DNA of 64,000 nt from the NCBI GenBank assembly GCA_022813865.1, contig JALDZX010000017.1, positions 248,001 to 312,000 on the forward strand, written 5' to 3'. Position numbers and translations under genes: made by a program. Under the pieces are notes generated by a model. The model saw nothing but the letters and a program-made list of their open reading frames with translations. It was not told the origin of the DNA and made no database searches. The stretch comes from Xylographa opegraphella. Taxonomy: Eukaryota. Shown piece after piece: positions 23,974 through 36,295 of the stretch (the stretch's first letter is position 1; each line of letters opens with the position of its first letter).

Positions 23974-25015
23974 GTGTGGAAACAGGCAGACTACCATTTA
24001 ATCGCCACGAAGTTATCGAGCGCTAGGTTGTCGCTTGTGGTATAAGACACCCAGGTACTGGTATCAGCAGGATCGTTCCAAGAACGCAGAAGACGGGAAT
24101 CGTGGGAGCCAGCTAGGGTTATGGTCTGGCATCAACTCGTTACCCAACCAAAGAAGACCAAGATCCAGGAAAGCGAGTACCGCATACAGCACTTGGGAGG
24201 ATGTCAAGAGCCTAGGGCGACAGGTTCGAACCCCATTTCAACCAAAATCGCCCACGTCGGACTATAGCACTCAGACGAAACAACTGTGGCTCGAACGGCA
24301 GAAACAGGATACTCAACAATCGATTCCCTGATCTCAATGCTCATTTCATGATAGGCGTTGGCGGCACCGCTGTTGACAACGAGGATGAAGCAAAGAGTGA
24401 TAAGCTTTTCTGCTGCATCACATGTACGTATGCTCTCTTTAGCAAGGTATTATTCGAAAGCACAGTCTTTACTATCGATCTTTCTGACTATTGAAGTGTA
24501 AACAGGATGCGAAGGAAAGCAAATATGGAAATGCGGGATTTCATGATTCACTGGTACACAATAAAGCACGAGCATTTGAGCAACGAAGTCAATATATTAA
24601 GATATTAGAACTGAATTATGAAGAACAAGTCTGCATATACGGTAGGCGAGCCCTCTATAGTGTAGATCGCAAGAGCCAATTCTCATCCACGTTCAAACTC
24701 CAACTGTACATTTCCTTGAACAATTAAACAAAGACAAGATGTCCCTAACTTGAAACCCCAAGATCGCATTCCGGGATACAAAAATGCTGACAGTGGATAT
24801 TATACTCACACTTGGTCAGTCCTCAGTGAACGCCGAAGTCCCAATTTTATATGCTGCCCTGTCGACTGCAAAACGAAGGGCGTCGGTGATGTGTTTTTTG
24901 AATTACATCTGGTACTTCGCCACCAGATGGCCGAGCTTTTCGCAAGCTTCGAACCCGTAATCACGAATCTTCTAACTTTTCCAATGATTTTTCCTGTCTT
25001 CGCCCGCAAAGACGA

Positions 25016-26454
25016 TCATGCTTCAAGACTTTTTCCCTCCACGATTACGCCCCATGGATGATCTTCCTTGCCATACATGATATTTTTGAGCCAACTCTTG
25101 ATGATCGCTGCATACTTACCGCTGACACCATTCTCCAAGGGAATATCAAGATCCTTACCCCTGTAATGGATCTCGGAGACTGGAGCGATAAAGAACTATA
25201 TTCACGTCAGTACCACTGCGATGCACAGAACATGCATTTGCTCAAGACTTACAGCAGTGCCAGCTGAGAAAGCCTCGATTAGTCTGCCCTCTTCAATTGC
25301 CACAGCCAAGTCGTCCATGGTAAACTTTTCTTCCACGCATTCAAGCTCTCCTCCTAATCTCTCTCTCACCAATTCCAGAACACTTCTACGTGTAATCCCT
25401 TCTAAGATGACTTTGTCACCCAGAGGCGCAGTGACAAGCTGTAGCTGGCCCTCTCTCGACCGCCATATCACAAAGAAGTTACTTGCGCCGGCTTCAGTAA
25501 TCTCACCGTCCTTGCCAAGCAACCACAGGACCTGGTCGTATCCACGCTCACGAGCCTCTCCTTGTGCGATAAGAGAAGGGCCGTAATTGGCGCCCAGTTT
25601 TGCATAGCCAAACCCGCCAGGCCAAGCACGTACCATATTATCCTTGCTGGCTAAAAGCCGGAGGCCAGGCTTTCTTGTTGGAGCAGCAGGAATTTCAGCT
25701 TCAGTTGCGTGGGTTTGATCCGCACCTACTGTGCCCTTTGGGTCATCAAAGGGAGGAAAGCAACACAACATGACGTAAAAGAGGGCTTCCGCTGGTCTCT
25801 GCACCCCCAGAGCTGCCCCAGTCCCGATCATGGTGGGCCTGATATACAAAAATGATCCGGGTCTCGACTTTGGAAGCCATTTTTCTCCATCGACACTGAC
25901 CAATGCCATAACTAGCTTCTCAAACTCCTCAGGCGTGAAAGCTGGTAGCGCGATACGCATAGCAGAGCGAAGCATGCGCTGCGCATTACAATCGGGACGA
26001 AACAGTCGCAATCGACCGTCAAATCCACGATAGACTTTCATGCCCTCAAAGCATTCAGTTGCGTAGTGAAGGACCGATGCAGTTGGCATGAGCGAAAGGG
26101 GCCCATACGGTTGAAGACGAGGAGCATGCCAGCCAGCTGTGGATGTCCACGTACAAGTTATCATATGGTCGCTGCATCTGTAGCACCAGTCAAATGCTAT
26201 TCATCGCAAGTGCTCATATGTTTCGTAAAAACTTACACTGATTGTGACCAGACTTCAGGTGAGTTGAGTTCTGGTACTGATTTAGGGTGGAGGTTTCGGG
26301 TGAAGGTTAGCTTCCCTGCGTCCAATTCTGCCAGAGGTGAATGTGTGCCGTTCGTGGTGGATTTGAGAGAGGGCGCTGTTTTCTCTATGGTATGTTTCAT
26401 TGCTGAAACAGCGAGCCCGTTCGTGGTCTCTGGAAGAACAGCCGAGGGAGACAT
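25016..26454 (-). CDS. Branched-chain amino acid aminotransferase (PLP fold IV)
   Basis: SDHM, LHYATECFEGMKVYRG, RLFRPDCN, LYIRPT, GYAKLGANY (catalytic Lys), EAGASNFF, ILEGITRRS, GTA; two introns; last exon ends DHPWGVIVEGKSLEA*. Confidence 0.95.
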
Positions 26455-26759
26455 TTTGAGTATATCAATTGACTAATTGTGTGCAGTAGGCTTTGGAATG
26501 GTTGGAACACAATTGATGGAATCAATTGCTTATGTGAGTTAATTATGAGGAAGCAGTGAAGCAGAGAGAGAAGGACATGCGGATAGCAAATGTGACTCTT
26601 ATAGGTACATGATGGATCTCTTATTGGTGATGAAAACCTAAAAACGCAAACTGCAGACAAAACGTCAACGCGACGCCCTTCCGCTAATGCTTTGACATGA
26701 CCGGGGAGCACGTCGTTTTCCTTGTTCCTGCTCATGCTATTTGGCGGGCCTCGCCATAG

Positions 26760-26771
26760 GCCGAGATCGGC
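26760..26771. promoter_or_regulatory. Candidate Leu3/LeuB binding palindrome GCCG-N4-CGGC
   Basis: GCCGAGATCGGC about 306 bp upstream of the aminotransferase ATG; matches the CCG-N4-CGG everted repeat. Confidence 0.5.
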
Positions 26772-27129
26772 TCTCATGGCGCGCTATCGTTTGCAGGCTT
26801 GTAGGTGGAAGTGGCGGAAGAGACGGATTTAGGTTGGGGTTTGGGCTCCGTTTAATAATTTTTCAATTATCCGGTGACGTATCTTATCTGGTCTCCGCGA
26901 ATAGCCGATGTTAAGCTCACATTCGACGCGTGATCCTTCTATATAGAGATCGGGAATTCCGCAGAATCTAGTCGGTGGTTTGCGACAGAAGCGATGAAAT
27001 TGCCATAGTTGCCTGAGTGAAATTTTCATCCACTCGTTTGGTTTTCTACTGTTGTTCCTATGAACGTGCCGGATATCCTTCGAACGACAGAGCTCGTCCA
27101 CCTTTAGATTCGAATTACGATGATGCTCT

Positions 27130-27994
27130 CTAGAAATCTCCGCCCAGTGCAGTAAGAAACTCCTGCCGCTGTTTGTGCGTTCGTGTGTCCATCTCCTATG
27201 TAGATTGGCTGTAAGCATGTGCTCTATTCAGTCGGGAAGACGAGACAACAAACCTTTTCAGCAGCATACATCGTCTGAATCAACTCTAAGCTCCATGAGT
27301 TTATCTCCTGGCTCTGCCTTTTCTTCTCTTTCATAATCTCATTTGATATCTCCATAGTGTCGAATCGATGGGAATCACGTTCAACCTTGCCTGATGGCTG
27401 GACTCCGAGTGATGCAACAGCTTCATGTTCGAGCGTCTTGACACTGACGCCCATGATCAATCGCTGAACCTCTGCCCAATCTTTCCAAAGAAGTTCAAGC
27501 TCCTTCTCTTCTTTTGCAATTCTCCTCTTGAAGGTCTTCATACGATCACCTAACGAAGCGGTGCCTGTGGGCTCACCCTCGGATCCTCTGAACTGCAATG
27601 TCTCTTGTGCTAGTGGCTTAGTTAAGTCGTCCCGGAATGTCTTTGTTTCCTCGATGAAGTTGGCAGAGATGGCGCTTGTACTTGCGAGACGTTCTAGAAG
27701 AATGTGGTGAGTGGAGTCAAGGGCGGCATTGGCATTTTCGAAAATCTGGAGGCGAGAGAGCTCAATGTTCTCTGCATTTATACATTAGGCAATGATATGG
27801 TGCAAGCATACCAAGAGCGTACCACTGAATTTCGCAGCCAAAGAGTGCTCCGAAGTCTTCTCATGCTTTCTGTTTCGACTAATCTTGGATATCGTGCCCG
27901 AATGGCCAAAGTCCTTTGGAGTATCCTTCTTAGGCTTTCCATGTCTTTTGAAAATTGCGGAAATCGAGACGGTCTTCCTAGGATTAGGTGCCAT
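27130..27994 (-). CDS. Uncharacterised coiled-coil protein with basic N-terminus
   Basis: Three exons joined by canonical introns: MAPNPRKT..KFS|ENIELSRLQ...LGDRMKTFKRRIAKEEKELELLWKDWAEVQ...YAAEK|EMDTRTHKQRQEFLTALGGDF*. Confidence 0.7.
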
Positions 27995-28349
27995 GATGAT
28001 TGTTGGTGCCTGCGTCCTGGTGAATGAAAGGATTGCACCCGCGTCGCCTACCTTAGGTAGGACTAGCCGCGTTAGGGTATGAGAAGCAGAATGGTCAGCT
28101 GGACGTTTTCAGCTATGCCTGACATATATGTAGATAATCACGCGATAAAGGTCACAATAATGCGACAATATCGAACGATAGAGAACGCTCTGTTGATCTT
28201 AGACTATAATCATTGGGCTATCACGCTAAGATTTTCTTAGCATTCCAATATTTGACAACGGAGGTTAGATATTAGACATAATAAGTTTACACTAATTTCA
28301 TCGAAGACACAGTGTCCATTCCGTGTGACTGCGTCCTCTTCATCACTTC

Positions 28350-30013
28350 TTAAAGTGCAGCTTCAGCTTCTCCTCGCCTCAATGCTAAAAGAGCTCTCAC
28401 ATCCGTAACGTATTGCAATGCTTCAAGTAGTGGGATGAGATGCAGGAGATCATTGTCGGTAGGATCATTGATCCAACCCTCAATTGGGATTGCATTATCT
28501 GTATATAATATTAGCGTTGAATTGATTGTGGTCAATACTGGCCAGGTTGATGTTCCCTACCTTCGTGAAAAATATAGCTTAGTGGACTGTTGTCCAATAT
28601 CACTACACTTGACAAGTCCGGCTCAACAGAACTGAGATCTTTAATGTAAGCACCGTTTCGAAACGTACAATGCTGTCTATAATATCTAGCGGAGAAGTAC
28701 TTTCTTTCTTGTTCGAGCCAATCTATTACCGGATCTGCATACTCTTGAACAGAAGCCGTAAAGACGACGAGATTATACCATCTGCAGACCTTCTTGAGGA
28801 AGTCGTCACAATGTGGTCGTTTGTGTACGTAATATAGAATAGGATGCTGCGGACCAAGGGAGAGGCCGTTGAAGGTTGCTGGGTGCGAAAGCTTCACCTC
28901 AACCATGTGGCCGCTGGACATGCGGCCCCCTTTAGCAAGAGAATGGATAAGGGTCTCGTCGAGATCAATGACTAATGTCTTTTGAGGAAGAGTAGAAGAG
29001 TTATGAGGAATGACAGAAGAGTAAGAAGGCTGTCGCCTGGGTATAAGAGGTCGAGGCGGAGCAGGCGCACGCGGGTATTTTGTGAGCCGCAGGGATGATG
29101 GGGGAGAAGTTGGCGATTTCAGGTTTGCGGCCGTGATTTCTTCAGGTGAGTTATCAGCAGCATTGCCCCCGGCAATTGCAGTGTCCTGAGCTCGTTTCGT
29201 CTTTCTACGTCGCGCTGAGTCTTCGCTGCGCAGCTTTATTCGTATCGAGCGTCTAGCAGGAGTACTGTCGTCTGCAGGTAAAGAGCTTTGCACTTTGGGT
29301 CGATTGTCCCGAGCACGGGTGCTGCCTTTCCCTCTGCGATCAATTTCAGAATCCGACGTTGACGTCGATATAGTCTCTGTAGAACGACTTCTTTCAGAAA
29401 TTGCAGACGCACCAGGTCTGCTGGTTTGTTTCTCTGTACTTGATGCACCAGTTCTATCGATAGGGGCTGGAGATCCAGAAAGACCCACCGCATGAGCTGT
29501 AGAACTGCTCCCAATTTTCCTGGAATGTTTTCGACGTCCACGTCGCAGAGGTAGGAGGGGCGAAAAGTGCCCCCTTTCATCATAGAAGCAAGCCACAACG
29601 TAGACGCCGGGTGCAGCCAGCTTTGTTAGAACCCATCGAAGGGATTCGGCGATTGCATTAGCAAGCCTTTTAACCACCAAACGTAGTCGATTTCTATTCG
29701 TTTTCGTTTCGGAAGGCGCCTCGAGTAACTCTTGGCTAAACAGTGTTATTTTCTCGTCCACTGTTTCGTCCAGGGAAGGCTTCTCAGCGTGGTCTTCGGA
29801 TTTAAAGCCCTGCAGATCCTTTTCGTCTACCTCATCCGAATAATTTGGTTTGGTATGTTGACTAGCAGAGCGCCTTGGTTGAGCAACCAAACTACTTTGT
29901 TGATTTGTGATTCCTTCACTGACCGATCTTGACCTCGAGGACTTCACTGCGGATTGAGGCGTCTGAGCTGCCTGCCCAATTACTCGGGCGGACAGAATGT
30001 TGAGAGAATTCAT
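28350..30013 (-). CDS. NEM1: Nuclear envelope morphology protein 1, HAD/FCP1-like phosphatase
   Basis: KTLVIDLDETLIHS, YYVHKRPHCDDFL, VFTASVQEYADPVIDWL, ILDNSP, DNAIPIEGWINDP; N-terminus MNSLNILSARVIG; one intron near the 3' end. Confidence 0.9.
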
Positions 30014-30604
30014 AGTCGAACAAGAAACATATATACGCAAATAATCTCCGTGTGTACTGTGTACTGGTGTATCAGCGTTTCATTCACGACGGGAGATGAT
30101 ATCTGTGCTGAGCATTACTACCTACTACTTGCGACCCTCGGACGTGGACGTAGCTCCTTAGAACGACCGCATGGCAGAAACACTAAGCCGCTTGAGCGCG
30201 GTATCACTGTCCAAGGATCGGATCCTGCATTGCTACCTACCGAAGTGAATTGCGAGGAGGTATGCGCAAACCAGTCGTATTTGGTCTAGTATTTTGCAAT
30301 GGAGCTATCTATGATGGGAGATGGGGAGTAGGTGTTGGGCTTGAGGCATCGTCATGTTGGCCGCAAATGATCGGCAAAGCAAACACCTCAAACATTTCTC
30401 AGAGTGATTCACACGGACGCCCTTTATATACGTTTAATGAATTTTAAGCGTCTTTGATTCTTGAAAAGAACAAAGAAGGTCCATCAGATCTACGTAGAAC
30501 GAGAGTGTATCTACATATAAGGGTGTGGTATATGGATGGGAAGACGCTCTCTCACTTGCTGTAAAAATCCAGCGTTTGATTTGTAGCCTGAAACATTGTG
30601 TATC

Positions 30605-32199
30605 ATGGCGAGCAACACCACTCTAATGACTCCTGGTCTCGCGTCTTTCTTGAAGTCTGTTAAAAGCCGGCCTGTTGAATCTTCAATAGAGCATTTGATC
30701 TCGTATGGATAATCATTTTCTCATCAATTACTCATAGTATTTCAGCTAATGATTTAAGTCTGCTCAAACGGCGGCAAATACGGAACTCGAGACCATGTGC
30801 AATAGCCACAGCACACCTAATGCGGAGGGTTATAGCAGCATACAGAGTCACGGACGTTGGAAAACTAATTGAGCGAGTACAGCAAGTCGGGCAAAGACTA
30901 ACTGCAGCCCAACCAAGGGAAATTGCTGTGGGTAATATCGTTCGTAGGGTCCTTGGTGTGATACGTGAAGAAGCAGAAGAAGATCGAGACGGCGAGAACA
31001 GTGGCTTTAGCGAGGCAAATAGCGACAGCAGACCACATACGCCTCGAGACAGTCTTTCACCGCGACCAGGCCTCTCCTCCTCGATCTCTACTTTCAGTCC
31101 TCTTCGTCATGGGGGTCTTGAACCTTTGGATATATCAATATCCTCGGCAGCCTCCGAAGATCTGTTCACGGCACTTGAATCTGAGACAAATCATCGACCG
31201 CCGCTACTAACGTCTCACACCTCATATGCGGTGACAAACGCCACGCCCATGGTAACCTCTATGTTCAGCCTTCTATCCCATCCTGCTTCAAACACGCCGT
31301 CTCCTACCGCAACTCCTGGCACGCAATCTCCTGCGCCTCGCAAATCCTTAACGTCCAATGCCCTGGCAGCCCTCAACATCGCTAAAGACCTTCGTGCCGA
31401 AGTCATCGAAGGAATCGAAGAGATTATTGACGAGCTCGACCAAGTTGACGACCAAATTGCTGGTTACGCCCTCGACCATATACATTCTAACGAAATAATC
31501 CTCACTCATGGGTCTTCTGCCACTGTCCAGAAATTTCTGCTGAAAGCCGCTACAAAGCGAAAATTCACTGTCATCCACGCTGAGTCGTTTCCTAATAACT
31601 ATGAAGCTACTCATGCTTGCATAATCGGCAAACAGCAAATTCATTCTGAAGACGAGTTAGGCCACGAGCGCTTTTCGAAACCTCTTACTGCAGCTGGCAT
31701 TACGGTCATTCTGATACCTGACGCCGCTGTCTTTGCGCTTATGTCACGAGTGAACAAGGTCATTCTCGGTACGCATGTTGTGCTCGCGAATGGTGGATTG
31801 GTTGCTGCTGCTGGGGCAAAGACGATTGCGAAGGCCGCGAGTGTCCACCGTACGCCTGTCGTTGTAGTCACGGGAGTGTACAAGCTCAGCCCAATCTACC
31901 CTTTTGACTTTGACTCGTTGATTGAGTACGGTGATGCGAGTAAGGTCTTTGAATACGAAGATGGCGACCTGATAGGTAAGATCGACGTAGAGAACCCGTT
32001 GTTCGACTATGTACCAGCCGAGCTGGTCGACTTGTATATCACAAACTTGTAAGAGCTGAAAACGCCGTACCTCCATTCGAAGAAATACACTGACATCAAA
32101 TTTAGGGGAGGACATGCGCCATCATATCTCTATCGGATCGTATCGGATCACTACAGAACGGAAGATACGAACTTGGCTAGTATAGCTAAAATCCAATGA
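30605..32199 (+). CDS. GCD7: Translation initiation factor eIF2B beta subunit
   Basis: AQPREIAVGNIVRRVL, ALDHIHSNEIILT, AVFALMSRVNKVILG, LANGGL, NPLFDYVP, GHAPSYLYRIVSDHY; two introns. Confidence 0.95.
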
Positions 32200-32438
32200 A
32201 CATGATACTTCTATGCAACGTTTCTACAAGTGATACAAATAATGAGACACCCCCAACACACATGATCTAAAGAGTGACATCCAAGATAAGCCCATGGGGC
32301 CTGTTCTACGCACTAATGCAATACTTATCTGCACACGGAATCAACGCCGAAACAATGGGGGAAATCCCACACGGAAAGTGCCGCCAGGTTTTGGTGGGTA
32401 GAAGACCATTGAGATACTGCAAGATTCCCCTCTCTTTC

Positions 32439-34820
32439 TCACTTCAGTTCTCCAGGCACATTGCGACCGACCTTAAATAATTGCTTTGCTCTTGGCAATC
32501 GCCCGTTGGCATCCTATTGCGAGATCGTCAGCGCAGCCTATCATAAAATAGAAAGATCAAGCTTACTCTAGTCCCATCACGATATGCCAGCATGCCATCA
32601 ATCCGAACCGGAATTGGGTTCTGCGGTAGTCCAAGCGCCTTGTCGAATGCTCGCAGGGCCCTTTCATTCTTTGTCATGTCGTAATTTTCTGCCTCATCTG
32701 TATATTCTTCGTTGTGTGCTGAGATATTCATTCCTGTATCGCTCTCTGTATTCGATGGTGTGGATTTAGGTGGCCTTCCACGACCAACTGAAACAGTCTT
32801 TGGCCTCCCACACATAACAAGAGGCGCCAAGTATAGGTTGCGATGTACAAAATCATAGTTTGGGTATGATTTATCCTTTGCGGCCAATAAATTGCGCAAA
32901 GCACTGACTTCACCGCGGAGGTTTGAAAGCTCTATATCAGTAATGTCTTGCGTGGTAGGTGCATTACCACTGACCGGCTTGGGTATTCGTTCCATCTTCA
33001 ATCTCAGCTCGCGATATTTTGTTTGTGCCACTTTCATGGCTCTTTGAGATTCCTTCAGCTCAATTCTGAGATCCGCGACTTGCTGCGTGGACTTCTTGAG
33101 ACTAAGTCTGAGCTCAGTTCGTTCTCTGTCAACCTCGTCGCTGAGGGTCTGAAGCATTGTATTCTTCCGCTGCAATTCCGCTTGATACTCCGCAATAGAG
33201 TCCTCCAGATTCTGAACTTTCACAGAAAGAATTCGCACCGATGTAGATCCCCCGCGAACGCTTGATGTTGTTGTTGGTACGATGGTACGTCCGCCTGACT
33301 CGACTTCTACAGTATCAATATTATCGGAAGTTTCCTGTCCTCGTTTGAGTTCTGCTTCTGCCTGGGCTCGTTTTCGTTTTGCTTGCGCGAAAGGATCCGC
33401 TACCGGTACAGTACCACTTTTCTCCACCACAAAGGACGTCGCAGGAGCCACAACTAATGATGCATTCGCAATAACAGGTTCATGCAAAGTCCCAGTTCGA
33501 TTGGGGAGTGTCCATGACCTTTCGTGTAGAAATACAACATCGTCCTCTTTTGGAGATTCTGTTGGGGTTTTATCATGCTGATGGCCTGTCAAGTTGCAGG
33601 GTGGAGATAATTTTTTGCCTACAGAACCAGAACTATGGACAGACGTGGCATTAGATGGCTGACCACGGAAGGGCTCGGAAAGCATCAGTGTTACTTTCGG
33701 TGGTTTTTGCGGTTCCATGACAGGAGCAACATATTTCTTGGCCTGTTCGGGTTCGAGTAGACCCGCAGATGACGATAAGGAATTGCAATATCTCTTCCAC
33801 TCCTCCTTTTCCAACACTGATGCTTTACCGCTATGAAGCACTTCCACTAAGTGTTCGAGTCTTGGGTCACTGTCAGCCATCTCCATGAGTCGAGATATTG
33901 TTCCCGGATCCATCTCGTGTTGCTCAGAATCTCCCACAACATCCTTTTCAAGTATAGAACCGACGGATTGCTGAACCGCCTGGGTATCCTTGTCCTCGAC
34001 ATGTTCTTCAATGAACCCTACAGAGGTTCTGTCAGAGAACCCAATACTGTTGGACAATTGGCCCCTTGCAGGCGATTTGGCTATACCCACCGAAGTCGTG
34101 GACGTCTCTTGTCTATATGTTATTTGGAGACCACCAGGATCTGAGACATGAGCCTGAGTTCTGCGACGCTTTGGGAATCGCTGATCAGCCTCCACAAGAT
34201 TCGCTGTTCTGCCACAAGAAGAGTTCGATGACAGTGTCCATGGTGCGAGATATGAATTTTCCATCTTGGTGAATTTCTTCAATGGACGGGTGCATCTATT
34301 ACATGACCAAATTGTGTCCCGACAGCCACTTTGTGAATTTCAGTCAATTAGGATATCATGCAAGACCTTATTTGACTTACATGTTGTCTGAAAAAGGCAC
34401 CGGTGGACTATGACACTCTGAATGATAATGTCGTCGGCAAAAAGTACATCGTATTAGAAGGGGCGAGAATGCTGTTGTGGGCGGTTTCAAGCAAATGTGA
34501 CACTTTGTAGCTTTTCCTGTTTTTGAAGTGGAAGTAGTGATTGACGAACATTCACTTGAAACTGACGCAGCAGACGACTCGGACTTATGGCCATTAGCCA
34601 CGTTACTCAAGCGGCGGAAGCGAGGCAAGTTTGACGAGGTAGGTCGTGACTTTGGCAAAAGACGACGACCAAGAGATACAGAGTCCTCCACCAGATTTTG
34701 GCAATTGACAGTTTCTTGTAGTGTGGAGGAAATCTGGCTTTGCACCGCCTCCTTATGGGAACCATGACCCGAAATGTATCCATCTTCAGCATCGTGGTAC
34801 GATAATCCAGTACCCTGCAT
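32439..34820 (-). CDS. PHD-finger and coiled-coil protein
   Basis: A C4HC3 finger is completed only after splicing: CHIC..CTFC..HSEC..|..WSCNRC. Central coiled coil; last exon DANGRLPRAKQLFKVGRNVPGELK*. Confidence 0.8.
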
Positions 34821-36295
34821 ACTATCTACCTTCCGAGGGAGGAGTCGTCGGTCTATTCATCTATTTTCTAGCCTAAGGCAATTATGCACTCTAGGAGTTG
34901 TGAACAATATGAGGTATTATTGACTGGGGAATCCCGGAACTCCTGATTGCTCCCTATGGAGACCTGAGATCATATTGGCATTCCAAGGAAGGTTACTTTC
35001 TGGTCGGCACTGTATGGCGGTTGCGCAAGACGCTCGTGAGGCTTTGCACAGCAATGATCTTTTATGCACAACTCACAAACCAGCCAGTCACCTTGGAGTG
35101 CTTCGAAGAAAGGCATAAAACTACCTGCATGAGCATATGTCCACAGCCGTATATCGAGTCAAAACCCTATTGCTGTAGTGTGCTAATCTCTTCTCAACCT
35201 ATATATGGGGGAATCTAAGCTGGATATACGGAAGATTCTTTTAGTTTCGATGCATGAAAAGTATTGTGGCGCCGAGTCGCTAAGAATATTGTCGTATGGT
35301 CCAATTTGCCGGTAATGACAGTGAATATTGAGGAAGTCGACCCTAAAGTCGAGATATGTTCTCTATAGATCATGAGAAAGGTCAGTAAGGCCCACAGGAA
35401 ATTCTCGCCACAAGAAATAAACTAGACATTGCAGAGTCCTTCAAGAATACAGCACTGGTCAAGGAGTCTCAGGTCTTTTCAGTCTTATTTCGATCTTCAA
35501 ACTGCTTGTCTTCAAGGGCTCATGTTCATAGCAATAGATGACACCACCAGTAACGCTATTTACAGCTTTCACTGAAATTTACACCATCGCCATTGATCAC
35601 AGTCGGTGGAACAAGAGAGACTGATATCCCAGTATGTGGTGTTATATATATATGTACACTCCGAGTCAAGGAAATGACCAATCATGGAATTTGAGTAGTC
35701 CAATTTTCCACTCAATGTGTCTGGTGGTTCAGCCCTCCTGTAACGACTGGGTTCATGGCCATTCGCACTGCGATTGGAATGTCCCACAGCAGGGTTGACA
35801 GGAACAAACATCAGAACCACAAGAAGACATGGTTGCGGTCAGACCTTTTACCATTGCTTACATCATTGACATCCTTGACTGCATAAGGAATATCGACACA
35901 TATACTCGAAATTGTTTCCTGTGCTGGACTCACCTACGTACTGAGATACATGCACAAATGATTTTGCACTTCATGAAGTATTTGGCCCCGCAATCAATTG
36001 AAATTTATAATGACCTGTGCCTGTTTGTCACGAAAGCTAAAGCCTTGTAAATTCAGATAGTGTTCTTGCCATCGAAGCCTGGTTTGCGAAGTGAAGCTCA
36101 AATAATAACGGACCTGGAGTAAGTGTACACGTTCTCGTATCCCTGCATATATTCCAGGCGCTTAAACTTACATTTTAGACGCACTATCATAGCCGCCGTT
36201 TATCAGATACCTTATACATCCGGACTTGCAGGACGTATCGAGATCTATCACCCACCAGTCCTTGCTCACGTGCTATCGAGAATAGTTCGAGATTC

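Noticed and set aside
22540..23997. Many overlapping ORFs on both strands of GRX5 and PPCDC (likewise over TAF13, the Amun-like gene, SUR7 and ARD1)
   Set aside because: Shadow ORFs caused by high GC3 and skew; only one frame in each matches a known family.
24195..24245. GGTTCGAACCCC resembling a tRNA T-loop/B-box (also GGTTCGAAAC near 3478)
   Set aside because: The T stem pairs poorly and no acceptor, D or anticodon arm can be built; tRNAscan-SE would settle it.
34900..36200. Short ORFs and possible relic in the PHD-CEX1 intergenic region
   Set aside because: No recognisable motifs or consistent exon structure.
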